DNA of 64,000 nucleotides from Macrostomum lignano (GCA_002269645.1 NIVC01001051.1:124001-188000); one strand, 5' to 3'. Positions 13,156-27,900 are shown, counted from the stretch's first letter. Notes: generated by a model not told the origin, from the letters alone. Translations and numbers: made by a program.

Positions 13156-13359
13156 TCAAAGAACTTCGCAAGACTTTTTCGGACTAAACGGATTATCCTT
13201 AGTCGGGTTGACTAGAGCGTCCTCATTGGAATGGCTGGTGATGTACTGCACCAGCTCAGGAATGGTGATGGAGGCCCTGACCCGCTGCTGATGATAATGT
13301 CGCTTCAGGTCTGAGAGCTCGCGCTGAAGTCGGGCGATCTGCTCTTCCCGGTGTGGCAT
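13156..13359 (-). CDS. GNG: heterotrimeric G-protein gamma subunit, 67 aa
   Basis: MPHREEQIARLQRELSDLKRHYHQQRVRASITIPELVQYITSHSNEDALVNPTKDNPFSPKKSCEVL: GGL-domain pattern (RV.AS...EL..Y......D.LV....NPF) and C-terminal CaaX CEVL. Real ATG at 13359; the ORF track starts it at an upstream non-ATG codon. Confidence 0.9.
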   Translation of the reverse strand: MPHREEQIARLQRELSDLKRHYHQQRVRASITIPELVQYITSHSNEDALVNPTKDNPFSPKKSCEVL

Positions 13360-15741
13360 CACTTTGCTTTGATAATTAATTGGCTCTACAATACAAGGTA
13401 ACAATGATTTATGCTTTAAACTTGAGATAGGATAAGGTAGGATGGGATTCTAATCCCAATTCCAAAATCTCAGGAATTCAGTATCTTAAAATTTTAACAA
13501 TCCTATTTTGCTAGTGCTAAGCTACAAGTATATTGAACATATTGAATATAGCTGTTTGAGACACAACTTTACATTATGAAAATCAATACAGTTGAGCATT
13601 CGCCTCAATGCATGCCATGCTATTTTTTATATCATAGCATATGTTATGACATATCAATAATAATTTAAAACTACTGGGATTCTTTCAACTTCAAGAAATC
13701 TGCAACATATGGTTCTAAGAGGTTTTAATAATATATAGGGTAGGTAGAGATGAGAGCTATTTATATTTAATTTTATTATGATTTTTTGACTGATGCCAAT
13801 GAAAATCCCAGTTTTCAATTTGAAATTCTGAATTTTGACCAAGGATGTCAATGGCACTGCCACTATGATTATAATACTTTGTATCCATACCAATGAGAGT
13901 TCAACACCTAAGCAAATTTGGTTGCAACTATCACCCAAAGCTATTCACTATTGATAGAACTTGGCTTTGTTCCAATGCTTGCTACAATTCAATGTAACGA
14001 ACGAGCATGGCAGAATTAAAGATTGCCCTTATACTAGAAGCCGACTTGCTACTTGTTAAAAGCTAACAATTAAGCTCTTAGACAATGAAGAATGATGATA
14101 AAATGGTCCAAGTTGCAAGCTAAATTAGATAAGCACTAAAATACTAGCCAAGCATAAGAAGGCTAAGGCAAGAATATGATTGGGAAAATGAAGATTTCTG
14201 AAAATAAGAATTTTCAATCTTATTCAATCTTATTTCAAGCAAAAATAAAACATTTTCCTAAGGCACAAAAGAAAGCACTTTAAGAAAAAAGCCATGGTTA
14301 TAGTAGTCACTCCATGCTTATAGATTTAAATAAATAGTAAAAACCTTGATTTGTTTGATTTTAACACATTTGATTAGTTTTAACAAAACTAATATCAACT
14401 TGATCAAATAATACTATTACTAGAACTAGAATCAGTTTTGATTTTTTTTATAAACAATACAGTGAAGCTTTCTTGTAACTTATAATAAGATAGTAGGTTA
14501 AATAGTCTAATGGTAAATGTATACCCATTGAGAAATAATTGTTTCTTAACTATATCAAATGATACATGAAAAATAAATAGAAACAAATGAAAAAATATTT
14601 GTCACTTAGTAACAAAAATTTGCTTACTTGACAATTATGGCATACCTAATTATAATATAATTTTAACTATTCCACAACTATGTCTTGTTCTTTTTGGTAT
14701 AGTTATATGTTGATTAGCATAATTATATCCTAATTGTGCCAACTATGTCAAAAGACAATTTAAGGAAAATTATAAATTTGTCAATTGAAATAGTAGTGTC
14801 AGTGGCATAGTTAGAAGAATTGTAGATTTTGCTAAGACACTTATTTCCCTATGGGTATATGAAATCAGCTGTGTTGAAATACATTTTAAAATGGAAGGCT
14901 ACTAGTAGGGGGGCATATTGCATATGGTTTTTTAAACCTAAGCCTAAGGGCACCATAGGGGCCTAACTCTTATTATTATGTCAGTTTGTAACATTAGTTG
15001 TGACAACTAGGCCAATATTTAATTCTGTGTTGGAAGTGGCCAAAAGTTTGAAAAATGTTCAAATTTTTCAACTAATTCAAACATTGCGCAGTAGCACTAC
15101 ACTATCAATTTACAAGTATTTAATAAATATCTCAAATGAATAAAAATTGCTAGGACAAGACCAGTAGTTTTCTAGATCTCTTGCCTACCTCCTGCTTGGC
15201 TGCTTGCCACTTGGCGCTATCTCTTTATTCTTTTATCTAATAGTATTTTAGTGCTTTTAGTTGCAATATCCTGAAGGCCAAATGTTGGCTGGCCCTTGGG
15301 TCCAATTTAAATCTTCACAATAGCAATCTAGCCTACTTAATGTTTGTGTCTCTTCTCAGCTCTCTTCCCTTACCTCTCTCTTATTATATTCTATTATCTT
15401 ATCTTCTCCTTTCTTTTCTTCTCCTCTCCTCTCCTCTTATCTCCTCTCCTTTCTTATTAGCTCTTCTCCTCTTTTCTTGACTTCTCTTTACCTCTCTTTT
15501 CTTTTCATTTATCTCCCCTTTCCTCTTTTCTCTCCTATTTTATCCCTCTTCTTGTATACTTTTTTCTCTTTTATTCCTTTGTCTTTCCTTTATCCTATGC
15601 TTATATTTCTCTTATCTATTCCCTATCTTTTCTCCCTGTAGCCTGCAGTCATCAAGGACTCCTAAGCGCACATTTTGCTTAAGGGGCTTAGCAAAGAGGA
15701 GCCAGTAAGGCAGTCATGCCCTATTCTCAATCTGGCCTTTA

Positions 15742-16346
15742 CTATATAGAATGATAGTTGGCAATTTTCCTTTTCCATTCATTAAATTATTTTTTCAATA
15801 GAAACGTATTGGTAACATTGTGAAACACTCAAAAATGATGTAATTGAACAGAACAGAACAGAATGAGTGTAGTGTTTACTGGTTGCACTTGAGCAGGGGG
15901 CACAATAAACGTTGGTGCAGCAGGGCATCCAGCCATGTTGTTCAAGATACGATGATCCACACTCAGGAAGGTGTCACATGTGCACGGGAATATATTTCAG
16001 TGTATTTTTGGAGTGTGCGCTATGCGCGAAGCTAAAATATGAATTTGTGCACCGAGGTCTACATTCATTTATTGACAATTACATAATAGAGTACTAATGC
16101 GCCCTAGCACTAAAAACTCAGTAAAAGTCCAATTAAAACAAAACTGCGCCATGTGCGCCACTTTGCGCACATTTTTTGTTGATGTGCGCCGGAATTTTCC
16201 ATTATAATATACACCTTCCTGAGTGTGGACGATGATCAGGCTGTTTAGTTACATCATTTTTGAGTGTTTCACAATGTTCCCAATACGTTTCCATTGAAAA
16301 AATAATTTAACGAACGGAAAAGGAAAATTGCCTAATAGTTATATAG
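15742..16346. mobile_element. MITE with ~110-bp terminal inverted repeats
   Basis: ctatata...ggcaattttccttttcc...aaacgtattgg.aacattgtgaaacactcaaaaatgatgtaa at the left end is mirrored at 16235-16346; an internal ccacactcaggaaggtgt is also inverted. TA-rich ends. Confidence 0.8.
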
Positions 16347-19300
16347 AAGAACTATTATATTAGCTGGTACCTTTAATGGCAATCTTTCGGTTTCCTGCTC
16401 TAAATTATTCAAACCCCTTTTTGAACTCCCTAAGTTCTACATAGGATAGCGAGTCCCGTGAGCTATATACAAGGTAGGAAAAATTGAAAAAATGTAAAAA
16501 AGTATCAACTTTAAAAATGAATAAAATAAAAACTATAAACAGAATAAAGAAGCCACAATATAAACTAAAAAGCTGATGAATGCTAATTTCTGGTGAGTGT
16601 CTGACTGTTTAAATTGTGCAAGTATGAAAAAAGTTACACTTGTTCAAACTTTATACATTTTGTACTTAATTTATAAAATGAAGCCGCCGAAAAATGGGAA
16701 AAACATATGCTTCTTCTAGAAAATTGAAAATCATTGCAAAATTAAAGGACTATAACACAAGGTAGTGAACACAATATAATATAAACATATTTGGCTATAA
16801 AAAATTATTTAATTATTATTATATATAGCTGAATTATATATTGTATATTATATATTATATAGCTGAATTAGTAGTAACCTCATGCGTACATGTACATAAT
16901 GTTCAGTATTTCACGACTCCTACGGCACAGAGTTACAAACATATTTTACTACTAAAATTAAAAGATTAAAATTGAACTGCTCAACAATTATTTTATGATC
17001 TGACCTGCAAACTTCCAACTTGTTCACATCAAATTATACTGATTCGTATTCGTGTACATATAATAATAATACACAGTATTCGATTTTATACCAATTAGCT
17101 TGTGCCAGCGCGGTTCGAATTGAAGTCAGACAATCACACTAATATGCATTATGCATTTATCGCCACCAATACTCGGGCTTGGCTTTTGCTAGTAACATTT
17201 TAAAGAATAAAGATCAACCCTGTCGTAATGAAATTCCATGGTTAGCTAGCATCTCTACCCATAGTGTCCAGCCCAGCAGAAAATCTGCACAAAGACATTG
17301 CTCAACTAACTGTTTGTGCCTCATGACAGCATGAGGGGGTTAATAGCTGTTGCGGAGTATACGAGCGATACATGATAATAAACTTGCTATATCGAATAAA
17401 CCGCACACAATGAATAAAACATTTTACTGCTCAAGAATGTATCGTACGTAAGAGTATGTCAGACTATCGGAATCCAGTACATGTACTCGCTTTAAACGCA
17501 TTTGGTTACCTCGGAAAGGCTCTTTCTTAATTCCTACCGAAAGGATCGATGGATATCTTTACGGCCTTGGCGACCTTGAAAGATTTCTGCTCTTTAAAGA
17601 AATATAAGCGGGAAGATGCGATAGTTTATTCAGCACCAGTATCAAACGATTTACTTCAAGTGTCTCAATTGCCGCGCGTGTATTGTTATTATAGTTAATT
17701 AAACATTTTTGATAGATTTTGATTCCAGTCTCAAAAAACAAAATAATTTTTGGTTTTCATTTTCAAGACACAAAGTTGTAAGAGCGTGCCGTGGGGGTCG
17801 GTGATACAGTTACACGTAAGATGCGGATTAAAAGACAAAATTACCAGAGTTTAAAACTACAAAAACTGAGGAAAAACGCAATGATATAGTAGTGTGTGCT
17901 AGTATAGCACAGCGTAACATGTACGATCTTGGGCTTGGCAAGCCCCAAAGCCAATGCACCAATGCGTGAATTTATAATTAATAATATAACGAATTAACCA
18001 GTTAAACCAGGCGTCACCAAAACGGGGGTTTTAATGAGACGAGCGCCGCACTGCCTAAATCAAATTTGTTTATTGATCAGGCGATTCGCATTCATAGAAA
18101 AAAATGCAAACTTGTTTGATATGCCGATCGACAAAAGAAACATGCAAGCCCTCTTTGCCTGGATATAGTAAAAGGTAGATTATACCGGTGCCAATTGGTG
18201 AACTAGATAGTGGACTCATTGCATCGGCTGTTATAAACTCATACAGCTTTGTTATTTTATTGTTCCCTGCAACGATATTTTGGCTGTCAACTATGCAACA
18301 ACAAAAACCGATTGCTAGCAATCTGCTATTTTGCACACCCGGCAAAATCTGTCGGGCTCCCACAGCGGCTCAGTCATAAAAAATGATAGTGCGGCGCACG
18401 GACTAAAGCTACGAGTACAACAAGGATCACAAATAGTAATTGCTTTTTGTTTGTCAAGCATGCGCAGTTTTTTTAGTGCCAGTTTTGCTTGCTAAATAAC
18501 AATTAGTAGTAATAACATATGATGCGCAGTGTGGGGTCATTAAACACAAAAAACAATTAATTACGAGTGCGACAAGGAGTTATGCAGAAAGGGGGTGGCA
18601 CATATTCGCAGAAGAAGTCACAAAAATTGTTTTTATGCTTGCGGGAGTGACAAACTTAAAAAAGAGAATTTTTAGTTTGTCAATAATTATTGTCAGTTAA
18701 AGGCCGAGCACGTGACGCATTATGAACTATGAGAATTATGATGCGCTAAATCTAGAACAGATGACAAAACAACAGGCATGTGTAGATTATAAGCAGTGAT
18801 TAATCAGAGTAAAAATGTTAATCTATCCCGCCACCCGATTACAGAGGGGCGGCAGTTGAACCCGCCAATTAAATTAGAAGCCGCCCCCCCCCACCCCAAA
18901 GAGAAGAGAGAACTGAAAGCAGAACAGGGACTCCAATAAAATTAATTCAAGATATGAATCTGAAAAATTAGCGTAAAATATATGCCAGTTACTGACCATA
19001 TAATTGACGAGGTCATGAAAAAATGTATCCAGGATGCAAAACTACAACAGAACAGACGAACAGAAGTTAGTATTATATAACAGTAGTAAATGGCAGCAAT
19101 CCGATCTGTCGAAAAAAAGATAATCCTGCTTTGCTTAAACTCGCCAGAAAAACGCGGATCTCTACAATAAATAGATTTTTGATATAAAATATTCATATAA
19201 TGATAACAACAATCAGAAAAGATTTAATTTGACCAATCCATGCGATTCAAGAATATTGTGCCAACATGACTGGCGACAGGGACTAACAGGGGGACTACGA

Positions 19301-21910
19301 AGTCAAGCAATGATTGAGCAATGATAATGAGAGAGAGCGAGACCGAAAATTAACGACAGACCAAAGAGAATTAGGTCATTTTTTTAATTAGAAATTATTT
19401 AATAAAAGTAGATCAGAGCAATTTTATTCTAGACAGAAAAAGGCACAGAAGTAAAATCGCGAAGAGAATAGAGCTGGCTGATTATTGCTGCGCGCATCTG
19501 ATGTACCATTCAAATCTATTTATTAACCGTTCAACACGCAAGTGTGTGATTTAGTCAGTAGTATAAGTCGAGGTTAAACTATTTAAAGTTATTCGGCGCC
19601 AGAAGCAGCTGTGCGTGAACTAAACTGAACGAACGCTGACTGTGAAAAATTGTGCTGATCTGTTAAATTTTCAACCCCAACTCCGCCTTGGCCGCCTACA
19701 GTCAGCAAAAGTTATTTTGCCCCTCGCTATCGCGGCACTGCAAAGCGCGAGCACTGAGCAGCAGAGAACGTGCGCTGGCTGGGGGTAAAATGCAACTGGC
19801 GCTGCTTGGGGGGGGGGGGTTCTAAAAAACGCGCAAAGCCAAGGCTTCTCAGTCACTTGAGAGTGAGAGAGCAAGGAGGGGGTTGGCCATGCATGAGGGG
19901 AGCCGCGGTGTGCCAGGCTGCAGATAAGAAATCGCCTGGCTTTGACTTTAAGGCGGAGGAAGGGGCGGGCCGGTTTCAGCTGACTCTGCCTGGCTACTGA
20001 ATACAAGTTGAAGTCAAATAAGGTAGACAAGAAATCGCCCCCGCCAGTGGGTTGCTAAAGGACTTAACACTGCTAGCTGCCTAGACTGGGCTGGAGAGCG
20101 AAACTGCCAAGTCATATTCGCTAAGCGCCTTTATTGTCTAAATTCGACTGTTAGAGAAGCCTGCGCCTCCCAACAAATGCTAGAATAAAAGCTCCAGACT
20201 TTTCAGGGGAGCGGGGCTGGGGCCGGGAGGGAGACAGAGAGACAGCTGAGCAGGATCGATAGCAACTCGCCCCAGCTGGAATCCTAACAGACAGCGGACA
20301 TGACGGGAGGCCGGGCACACTGTACAGCTGTTGTGCCGGCAGCGCAGCCACCTAGATCAACAGAAACAAAACCGCACGAGGGGCAAGAAAAAATGCCCCA
20401 TGACTATAGAGCAGAGCTGGCTAGCGCCAATATCCGGAGTGCGCCTTAAACAGCGCTACTGTTATTTGCATGGGATTTAACTCCGCTATAGAACTAGTGC
20501 AGCTCAGCAACTATTGTAGGCATTATTACATTCTAATTCTGTAAAAGTTAGCTTCCGCCCGCCCTTCAATTTGCTACCAGTTTCATTCCCCAGCTAACTA
20601 AAGCTGAATATCTCCCCAGGCTCGGGCATTGTTCATCGCCCGCCCACCTTCTCTCGCGCGTGCACTGCAGCCTTTCTAGACAAGTGCCTCAGCCAGCCCT
20701 AGCAGCTAGTTGAATGAAGCAAAACCCGAACAGGCAGATGCGCGGGAGATGAGGCAAATTTTCAGACGGGGAGCTGAAAGGGGAGAGGGAAGCGTCAGTG
20801 TACTGCCTGAAGAACAATGGGCAACTCATTTCATTCTCTTCCCATCGCAACAGAGACAGGGAGCTTGTACAGGATGCGGCATACGGAGAAAAGGTCGCCT
20901 CAAAGCCCTGGGAATTCTCTCCCTACTACCCATCCCACCCACCTCCCCATCGTATGTTTTGATAGCCGTAGCTAAGACAGTGGCAAGGGCAACAATGAGA
21001 AAACAGTGACATTTTCAAGCCCCTAGGCGGCGGCGATAAAAAAACAACACTAAAAAAACCCTATCAACGAAATTCCTCTCCCAGCAGATTAGGCCACCTA
21101 ATCTACATATTTTGAAGAATTCCAACACAACTAACTAAAGAAAGCCTGACGAGCAATAGAGAGAAATAAATGGGTGGACAATAGAGTTGAGAATAGAGAA
21201 AGAAGTGTGCATGCCGCACGGGGGCGCAGCAGCGCAGTCGCATGACGCACAAGGCCAAGGCCTGCAACTAGATAACTATTAGGAAATTTGCTAGTCACGC
21301 TGCGAACTGCAATGGCAAGAAAAACAGCCGGCTCTGGCTTTGCAGCTGGCTTGTGTTGCACACAGCTAATCTAAAACTTGCATATAGCATAGGCGCCACG
21401 TGCGTTCTACACACCTCACCCTGTCCCTACAGGAGCAGCTTTAGAGGCGCAGTGTACGCTGAGCAGTTCTGTTTCCATTTACGGCAATCCATAAAGCCAG
21501 TGCACAATGCTGCATGCTACAGTATATAGTATTATTAATAATTCTTTTATAATAATAAAATCATCTAACAATGAGCGCAGATATTGGCTAAGACAACAGA
21601 ATGCAACATGTTCTATTTCTTCAATTGTTGTTTGCTGTTTTGCTGGATGGAAACAAAATTGGGCATAAAGAGGGAAAACCAAAACGATTTTGAAGGGTTG
21701 AAAATTTGTATGAAGGAAAATTAGATGAGAAGCATTTTCATAAGTAATGAAGTTGAGTCGTATCACACTGTAAATAATGAGTCTGTGTTTACTGAATTTT
21801 TTGTCTTAATTTTCAAGTGCAAATCATTATTTAACCGCCACCCAGCGAAGCGAGAAAAAACAATTGTTATTCTAGGTTTGCCTTCCAGTTATTAGTGCTT
21901 GATATAATAA

Positions 21911-24900
21911 TTAATTATGATTACTTGGTCCGGACCAGGCGGACGGCTTGGCGGTGCCGTTGCCGCTGGCTGGCGGCGGGGCCGGGCCGCCGTTGCCGCC
22001 GCCAATGGACGGGAAATGCTCGCTAGAGGCCAGCTGCTGCTGGTCCCAAGGAGCGTCGCGAACAACAAATCCCGGCCCGCTGCCGCCATGCTGCTGCTGC
22101 TTCTTGCCCTGCTTCTGCGGCTGCTGCTGCTGCTGCTGCTGCTGGGCCTGGGCTGGCTGCTCGGCCTGCTCGCTGACGGCGTCCGGACGGAGCGAGCGCG
22201 GGTCCAGCTCGCCGCGCTCGATCATCCTGTCAATCACTTCGCCGGCCAGGTCAAGCAGGTGATCGCAGGCGTTGTCAACATCGGCCTGGGCGCCGCGAAC
22301 AACAACGGTGTTCTGCGCGTCTGACGGCGCGTTCCGGCCGGGCATGTCGATAGCGACGTCGAATTTCTCCACCAGGGAGCGCAGATTCTTGCCGCGCTGG
22401 CCTAGTTGGATAAATAACAGCAGATGGCGAGGATTAATAGCACGGTAATCTGCAGTAAGCAGCTGCGTAGGCGTAACAGTAGGAAAAGCTGCTGGCGCCT
22501 TATACTCCAGCTAAAGCAGTTCAGGACCAGGGGATTAGGGATCTAAATATAGTAGGAGCCGAGGGATCAACGGGCCAGATTAGCCAAGTCGTGCGTCACT
22601 TGAAACAGCACGAAAAAAAGAACTTATGCACTCACCAATAATGATTGGGTGCACCTGGTGCGTGATGAACAGTTCGGCCGACACCTGGTTCTCCAGCTTG
22701 TCCTTAATGGCCATCAGCTCTTTAGCGGCGGCCTCGGCCTTGTCCTGATAGCCGATTACAACAATTTCGTTAGAGTTTTTGTCCGGATTCGGTATGTTGA
22801 CGCGAACTTCGTACTTCTGCTGCAGGGCGCGCACGTTGGCACCCTTGGGCCCGATGATTTCGCGATGATACTGGGCCGGTATGTCCAGCTTGCATTCGAA
22901 GCTGCGAGCCTCCTGGTCGGCTTTCTCGGCCTCCAATTCCTTCAGGCGCTCCTGTAGACGGATTTTGGCAGCTTCCACGCGTTTCGGCGTACCGTTGAGC
23001 ACGATGTGCTCAGCCTTGCTCGGGATAGTGATGGCCATGTTCAGCTCGTTAGTCAGGCGCCGGATGCCTTCGCCGTTGCGGCCGATCAGCTGGCCGTGAA
23101 ACTCGGACGGGAAGTCCAGCTGCTCCTCGATTGGCACCAGGTCTAGCAGGGCCTGGCGGGCCTTGTCGCACTGCTCCTGACGGCCGCTGATGGACACCAG
23201 ATCCGCCTTGGACGGCGTGGCATCGCCGGAGCCCTCCGGATTGCTGCTGGTCTCCGAGCCGCTGGCTGCGGCGTTTTCGCCGCCACCGTTGGCCGTGACT
23301 TCAGCGGCTGCAGGGGCGGCGTTGGCGTCGCTAGGCTGCGACTGCTGTCTGTTGAACTCGGGGAATTTGATGCTCACGTCGAATTGGTCGCAGATGTCGC
23401 GCACATTGTCGCCGGAGCGGCCAATCACGCTGCGGTGATGAATGGCCGGGATGGCCACCTCGATGGTGACGCGGGCGGCCAGATCGTCAACAATCTCGCG
23501 GATGCGGGCGATGGCGCCCTGGACGCAGTCTTTCGGTCCCTTGACAACAACCCGGGAACTGCCCGGCTCACGCGGGAAGCTCAACTGAACGCCGCCAAAG
23601 TCCTGACTAATCTGGGTGATGTAGAAACCGCGGCGCTCCATGAAAGCCTTGTGCCAGCGGGGATCAACCTCGACAGATTCCTCGGTGGTGTTCTCCAGGT
23701 CCTTCACCTAGTTGGAGAAAGCAAAGTACATTAGTTATTAGGTCTACCGAGGGAGATTCAGAGAGAATCACAAAATTCAAAATAATAATAATAATAATTA
23801 TAATATAGTAATAATTGATTACACTTGCCCTAATGGGCAGATGTGCAACCGACAGCTCAGCCGCAGCTATTGCGCGGCGCATCTGAAGGCTGCGTTCGGC
23901 TGTTCAGTCCAAGGACTGGGGGGGGGGGTCGCCACACACCTTCAATTACCCCAGCTAATGCTGGCACCCATTTTACAGCTGGGGTGAACTGAAGCAATGC
24001 AGAGTCAAGTGTCTTGCTCAAGGACACAAATTGTTCCAGTAGGATCGGGAATCGAACCCCCGACTTTTCAGTCGTGAGTCCGAGGCTCTAAGCACTAGGC
24101 TACAACCCCCTGCTAGGCTACATCCCCTAGCTCTCTATAATTCTCTATAAAATATAATCCATCTACTGTGTTTTATACCCTTAAGAATGGAAGATACTAA
24201 AAACAATTTCAATACATCCAACTCGCAATTAGACAAAAAAATGATGGGCCAACCTGTTTCTCGAGCATCTCCTTGGCCTTAGCAACGGCCTCCTTGCGCC
24301 CAATAATGGTGATAATATCGCCGCCCTCTTTGCCGCGCTCGTCCAAGCTAGGGAACACTAGCCTGGCGCCAGTGGCCTTGCGCAGCTGCTCAGCATTCTG
24401 GCCCTGCCGGCCGATGAGGAACGGGTGGAACTCGGGCTTGGCGTGAATCACAGCCTCCTGACTGTCTTCCAATCGCTCCTCGGCCAGCTGCTGCAGAGCG
24501 GCCTTGGCTTTCTTCACCTCGGTTTTGGGGCCGCGCACGGTGACGCGATCGGATGGCTGAGAGGCCGGCGGGAAGTGCACGCGTACGCCGCTGTGCTGGT
24601 CCTGCAGCTGGCGGATCAGCTTGCCACCGTGGCCGATCAGGCCCTGGTGCAGGCGGGCCGGAATCTCCACGACCTGCGTAGTGTCACACATGTGATTTAT
24701 TACTGTGGGTGCAATTTATAGGGGGCGTAGGGGAAATAGGGGAGATTTCCAAAAGGGATGGGGAGATTCTTAAGGGGGATGGGAGAGATTCTTTAAGGGG
24801 ATGGGGAGATTCTTCAAGGGGATGGGGAGATTCTTAAAGGGGATGGGGAGATTCTTAAAGGGGATGGGGAGATTCTTTAAAGGGATGAGGAGATTCTTAA

Positions 24901-27900
24901 AAGAGGACGGGGAGATCCTTTAAAAGGATGGGGGATTTTCAAAAAGCGGATGAGGGAGATTCCTAAAGAGGATGGGGGAGATTCCTAAAGGGGATGGGGG
25001 AGATTACTAAAGGGGATGGGGAGATTCTTAAAGGGGATGGGGGAGATTCCTAAAGGGGATGGGGGAGATTACTAAAGGGGATGGGGAGATTCCTAAAGGG
25101 GATGGGGAGATTCCTAAAGGGGATGGGGGAGATTCCTAAAGGGGATGGGGGAGATTACTAAAGGGGATGGGGAGATTCTTAAAGGGGATGGGGGAGATTC
25201 CTAAAGGGGATGGGGGAGATTACTAAAGGGGATGGGGAGATTCCTAAAGGAGATGGGGGAGATTCCTAAAGGGGATGGGGGAGATTACTAAAGGGGATGG
25301 GGGAGATTACTAAAGGGGATGGGGGAGATTCCTAAAGGGAATGGGGGAGATTACTAAAGGGGATGGGGGAGATTCCTAAAGGGGATGGGGGAGATTCCTG
25401 AAGAGGATGGGGGAGATTCCTAAAGGGGAATAGGGGAGTCTCATAAGGTGAATGGGGGAGATTCGTAAGGGGATGAGTGAGTTTCTTAAGGGAATAGGGG
25501 AGTCTCATAGGGAATGAGGGAGATTTTTAAAGGGGAATAGGGGAGTCTCTCAAGGGGGTGTTAAGGCCAATGGGGGAGATGCTTAAAGGGGAATAGGGGT
25601 CTTTTAAGGGGATGATAATTTGCTATAATGAGAAATTTGAGGAGGGCCAAAGGTAAAAAATACGATTATGGAGCGGGTAGCAAAAAGGTTGCAGGTAACA
25701 GTAAGCGTACCTCTTCCACAATATTAGCGGCCACTTTCTCAATGTCGTTAATTTGTCGGACAGCCTTCTGCACATCTTTCTGTTTACCGACAACAGTGAT
25801 GACATCCGATTGGGACCCGGAGTCCGGCATGATAATGCGGGTGTTTGTCTCCTCGCGTATTTTAGCGATAGTCTGGCCTTTGCGACCAATAATGTCCTTG
25901 TGATAGGCCTTGCCAATTCGAACCTTCTCCTCGTAGCTGGAGTCCCTCAAATCGGTGTGCGCTTTCTTTAACAGTTTCTCAACGTTAGCGAGCTGGTCGC
26001 GCGGGCCGCGCAGCTGGACAACATCGCTATTCTGATCGGCGTTGGGGAATTTGATCAGCACATCCGGGTACTTGTCGCGAATCTCGGCAATCTTGGCGCC
26101 GCCCTGGCCGATGAGGGCCCGATGGAACTGGTGCTCAATGATGAGATCCTTGGAGCGCTCGTTGGCCTGCTTGTTGACAATCTGCATCAGCTCCTCGCGA
26201 GCCAGGTTCACCTTGTCGCGCTCGCCCTCAATTCGGACAACGTCCTCGCCGTCGATGTCGGCTGGCACTCGAACGGTGCAGCCGGTGGTCTCGCGAATTT
26301 TATTGACTGTGCCGCCGCTCTTGCCAATAATATGGCGATGAAACTCGCGCGGCACGGCCACTTCAACCATGGTGTTGCGCTTCACGTAGTCGTCCACCCA
26401 GGCTTTGAGGTTCTTGTGAATTACAACAACCTGGGAAATTTGTTTAGGAGAGGAATCAAGATTTCTATATTTTATTAATTACAATAAAATGTTGAAAAAC
26501 AAGAATATTTGGTTGCATACAGGCGCAATACCTGGCCGATCCGGCCAGCTTGCGAGGGGTCCAGCCAAGGTAAGTCGCAAAAATGGCCACACGGAAAATA
26601 CGTAGTACTTATTAGATGATGAGGCATTTAGCCTTAATATTACAGTAAAAGTTACTCCCGCCGTTTACCCAGAGTAACGTTAATCACGTTTATCAGGGGG
26701 TTGCGCATGCATATTTAGTTGTAAAAATAAAAAAGCCTCACCTGCTCTTTTGGCCCGTCAATCTCGATCTTGTCCTCGCCGCGCAGGAAATTAATCTGGG
26801 CTTTGTGCGTAGGCAGACCGACAACTTTTTGCAGATTCTCGCCGCCGGGACCAATGAGATGCCGGTGCATCCAAGTTGGCGCCAGTACGGTGCAGGTAGC
26901 GTAGGAGTCGGCCTTCTCGTACACCTTGGTCAGAGCAACGCCTAGCTTGGTGCCCTCGCCGCGGAGCACGATTGTCTCTGATGGATCCTCGGCTGGCGGC
27001 ACCTCCACGCTGACACCGGTGGCCTCGAGGATCTCTTGAAGGCCGGCGCCGCGCGGACCGATGACGAATTTGTGAAGCGACTTGGACACCTCGATGTTAA
27101 CCTGTCAAATGCGGAATCAAAACAAAATTGATGGTGTGATGGAGCAGCAGACGGGTAACGTGACTAACTAGCGGGAATTAATTGGAATTTTGAGTGCAAT
27201 GATGGTGTCTCAAGAGACACAAAGGTTTGTGTCCCTTCTCTCTTCTCCACTTCCCTCTTCTCTCCTCTCTCCTCTCCTATTTTATCTCTCCCTTTTTATC
27301 GTCTCCTCTCCACTTTATTCCTTCGCCTCTCTCTCTGGCCCTTAAGGAAAAAGTTTGCCGATACCTGGTCTAGGTATATCGTGCGCATATGAAACATAGG
27401 AAACACTCCTCACCGTTTGGCAGCGCTCCAAAGCGTCCTGGTACAGTTGGCGAATAATCCGGCAGGCATTGACAACGCCGTCTTTCTCGCCTGACACGCG
27501 AACTATATCAACATCGTGCTGGGCGTGCACCGGCGGTATGTTGACGCGAACGCCGTTCTCAGTCATAATCTTCTCCAGCTGACGGTTGTAGGGCCCGGCA
27601 ATGAACGGATGGTAAATCTTTGGTATCACGAGGCGCTCGGTGGCCTTCTTGGAGACTTCGTCGTAGATGCATAGAATCTCGTGCCGGGCTTTGTCAATGT
27701 TCTCCTTCGGTCCAATTAGGCGAATACTGTTCGGATTAGCATCGTTCTCGCGCGGGATGAAAATTTCGCAGCCAGACTTTAGTTTGATCTCTTTCAACAC
27801 GCCGCCCTGCTTGCCGATCAGGTGGCGGTGGAACTCGGCGGGGACGGTCACTTCCGACTGAGGGACCGGGTTGAGTTATTGCTGATCAGTTTAATGTTGA

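Noticed and set aside
21917-26478. Plus-strand ORFs overlapping vigilin exons
   Set aside because: Antisense shadows of GC-rich coding sequence.
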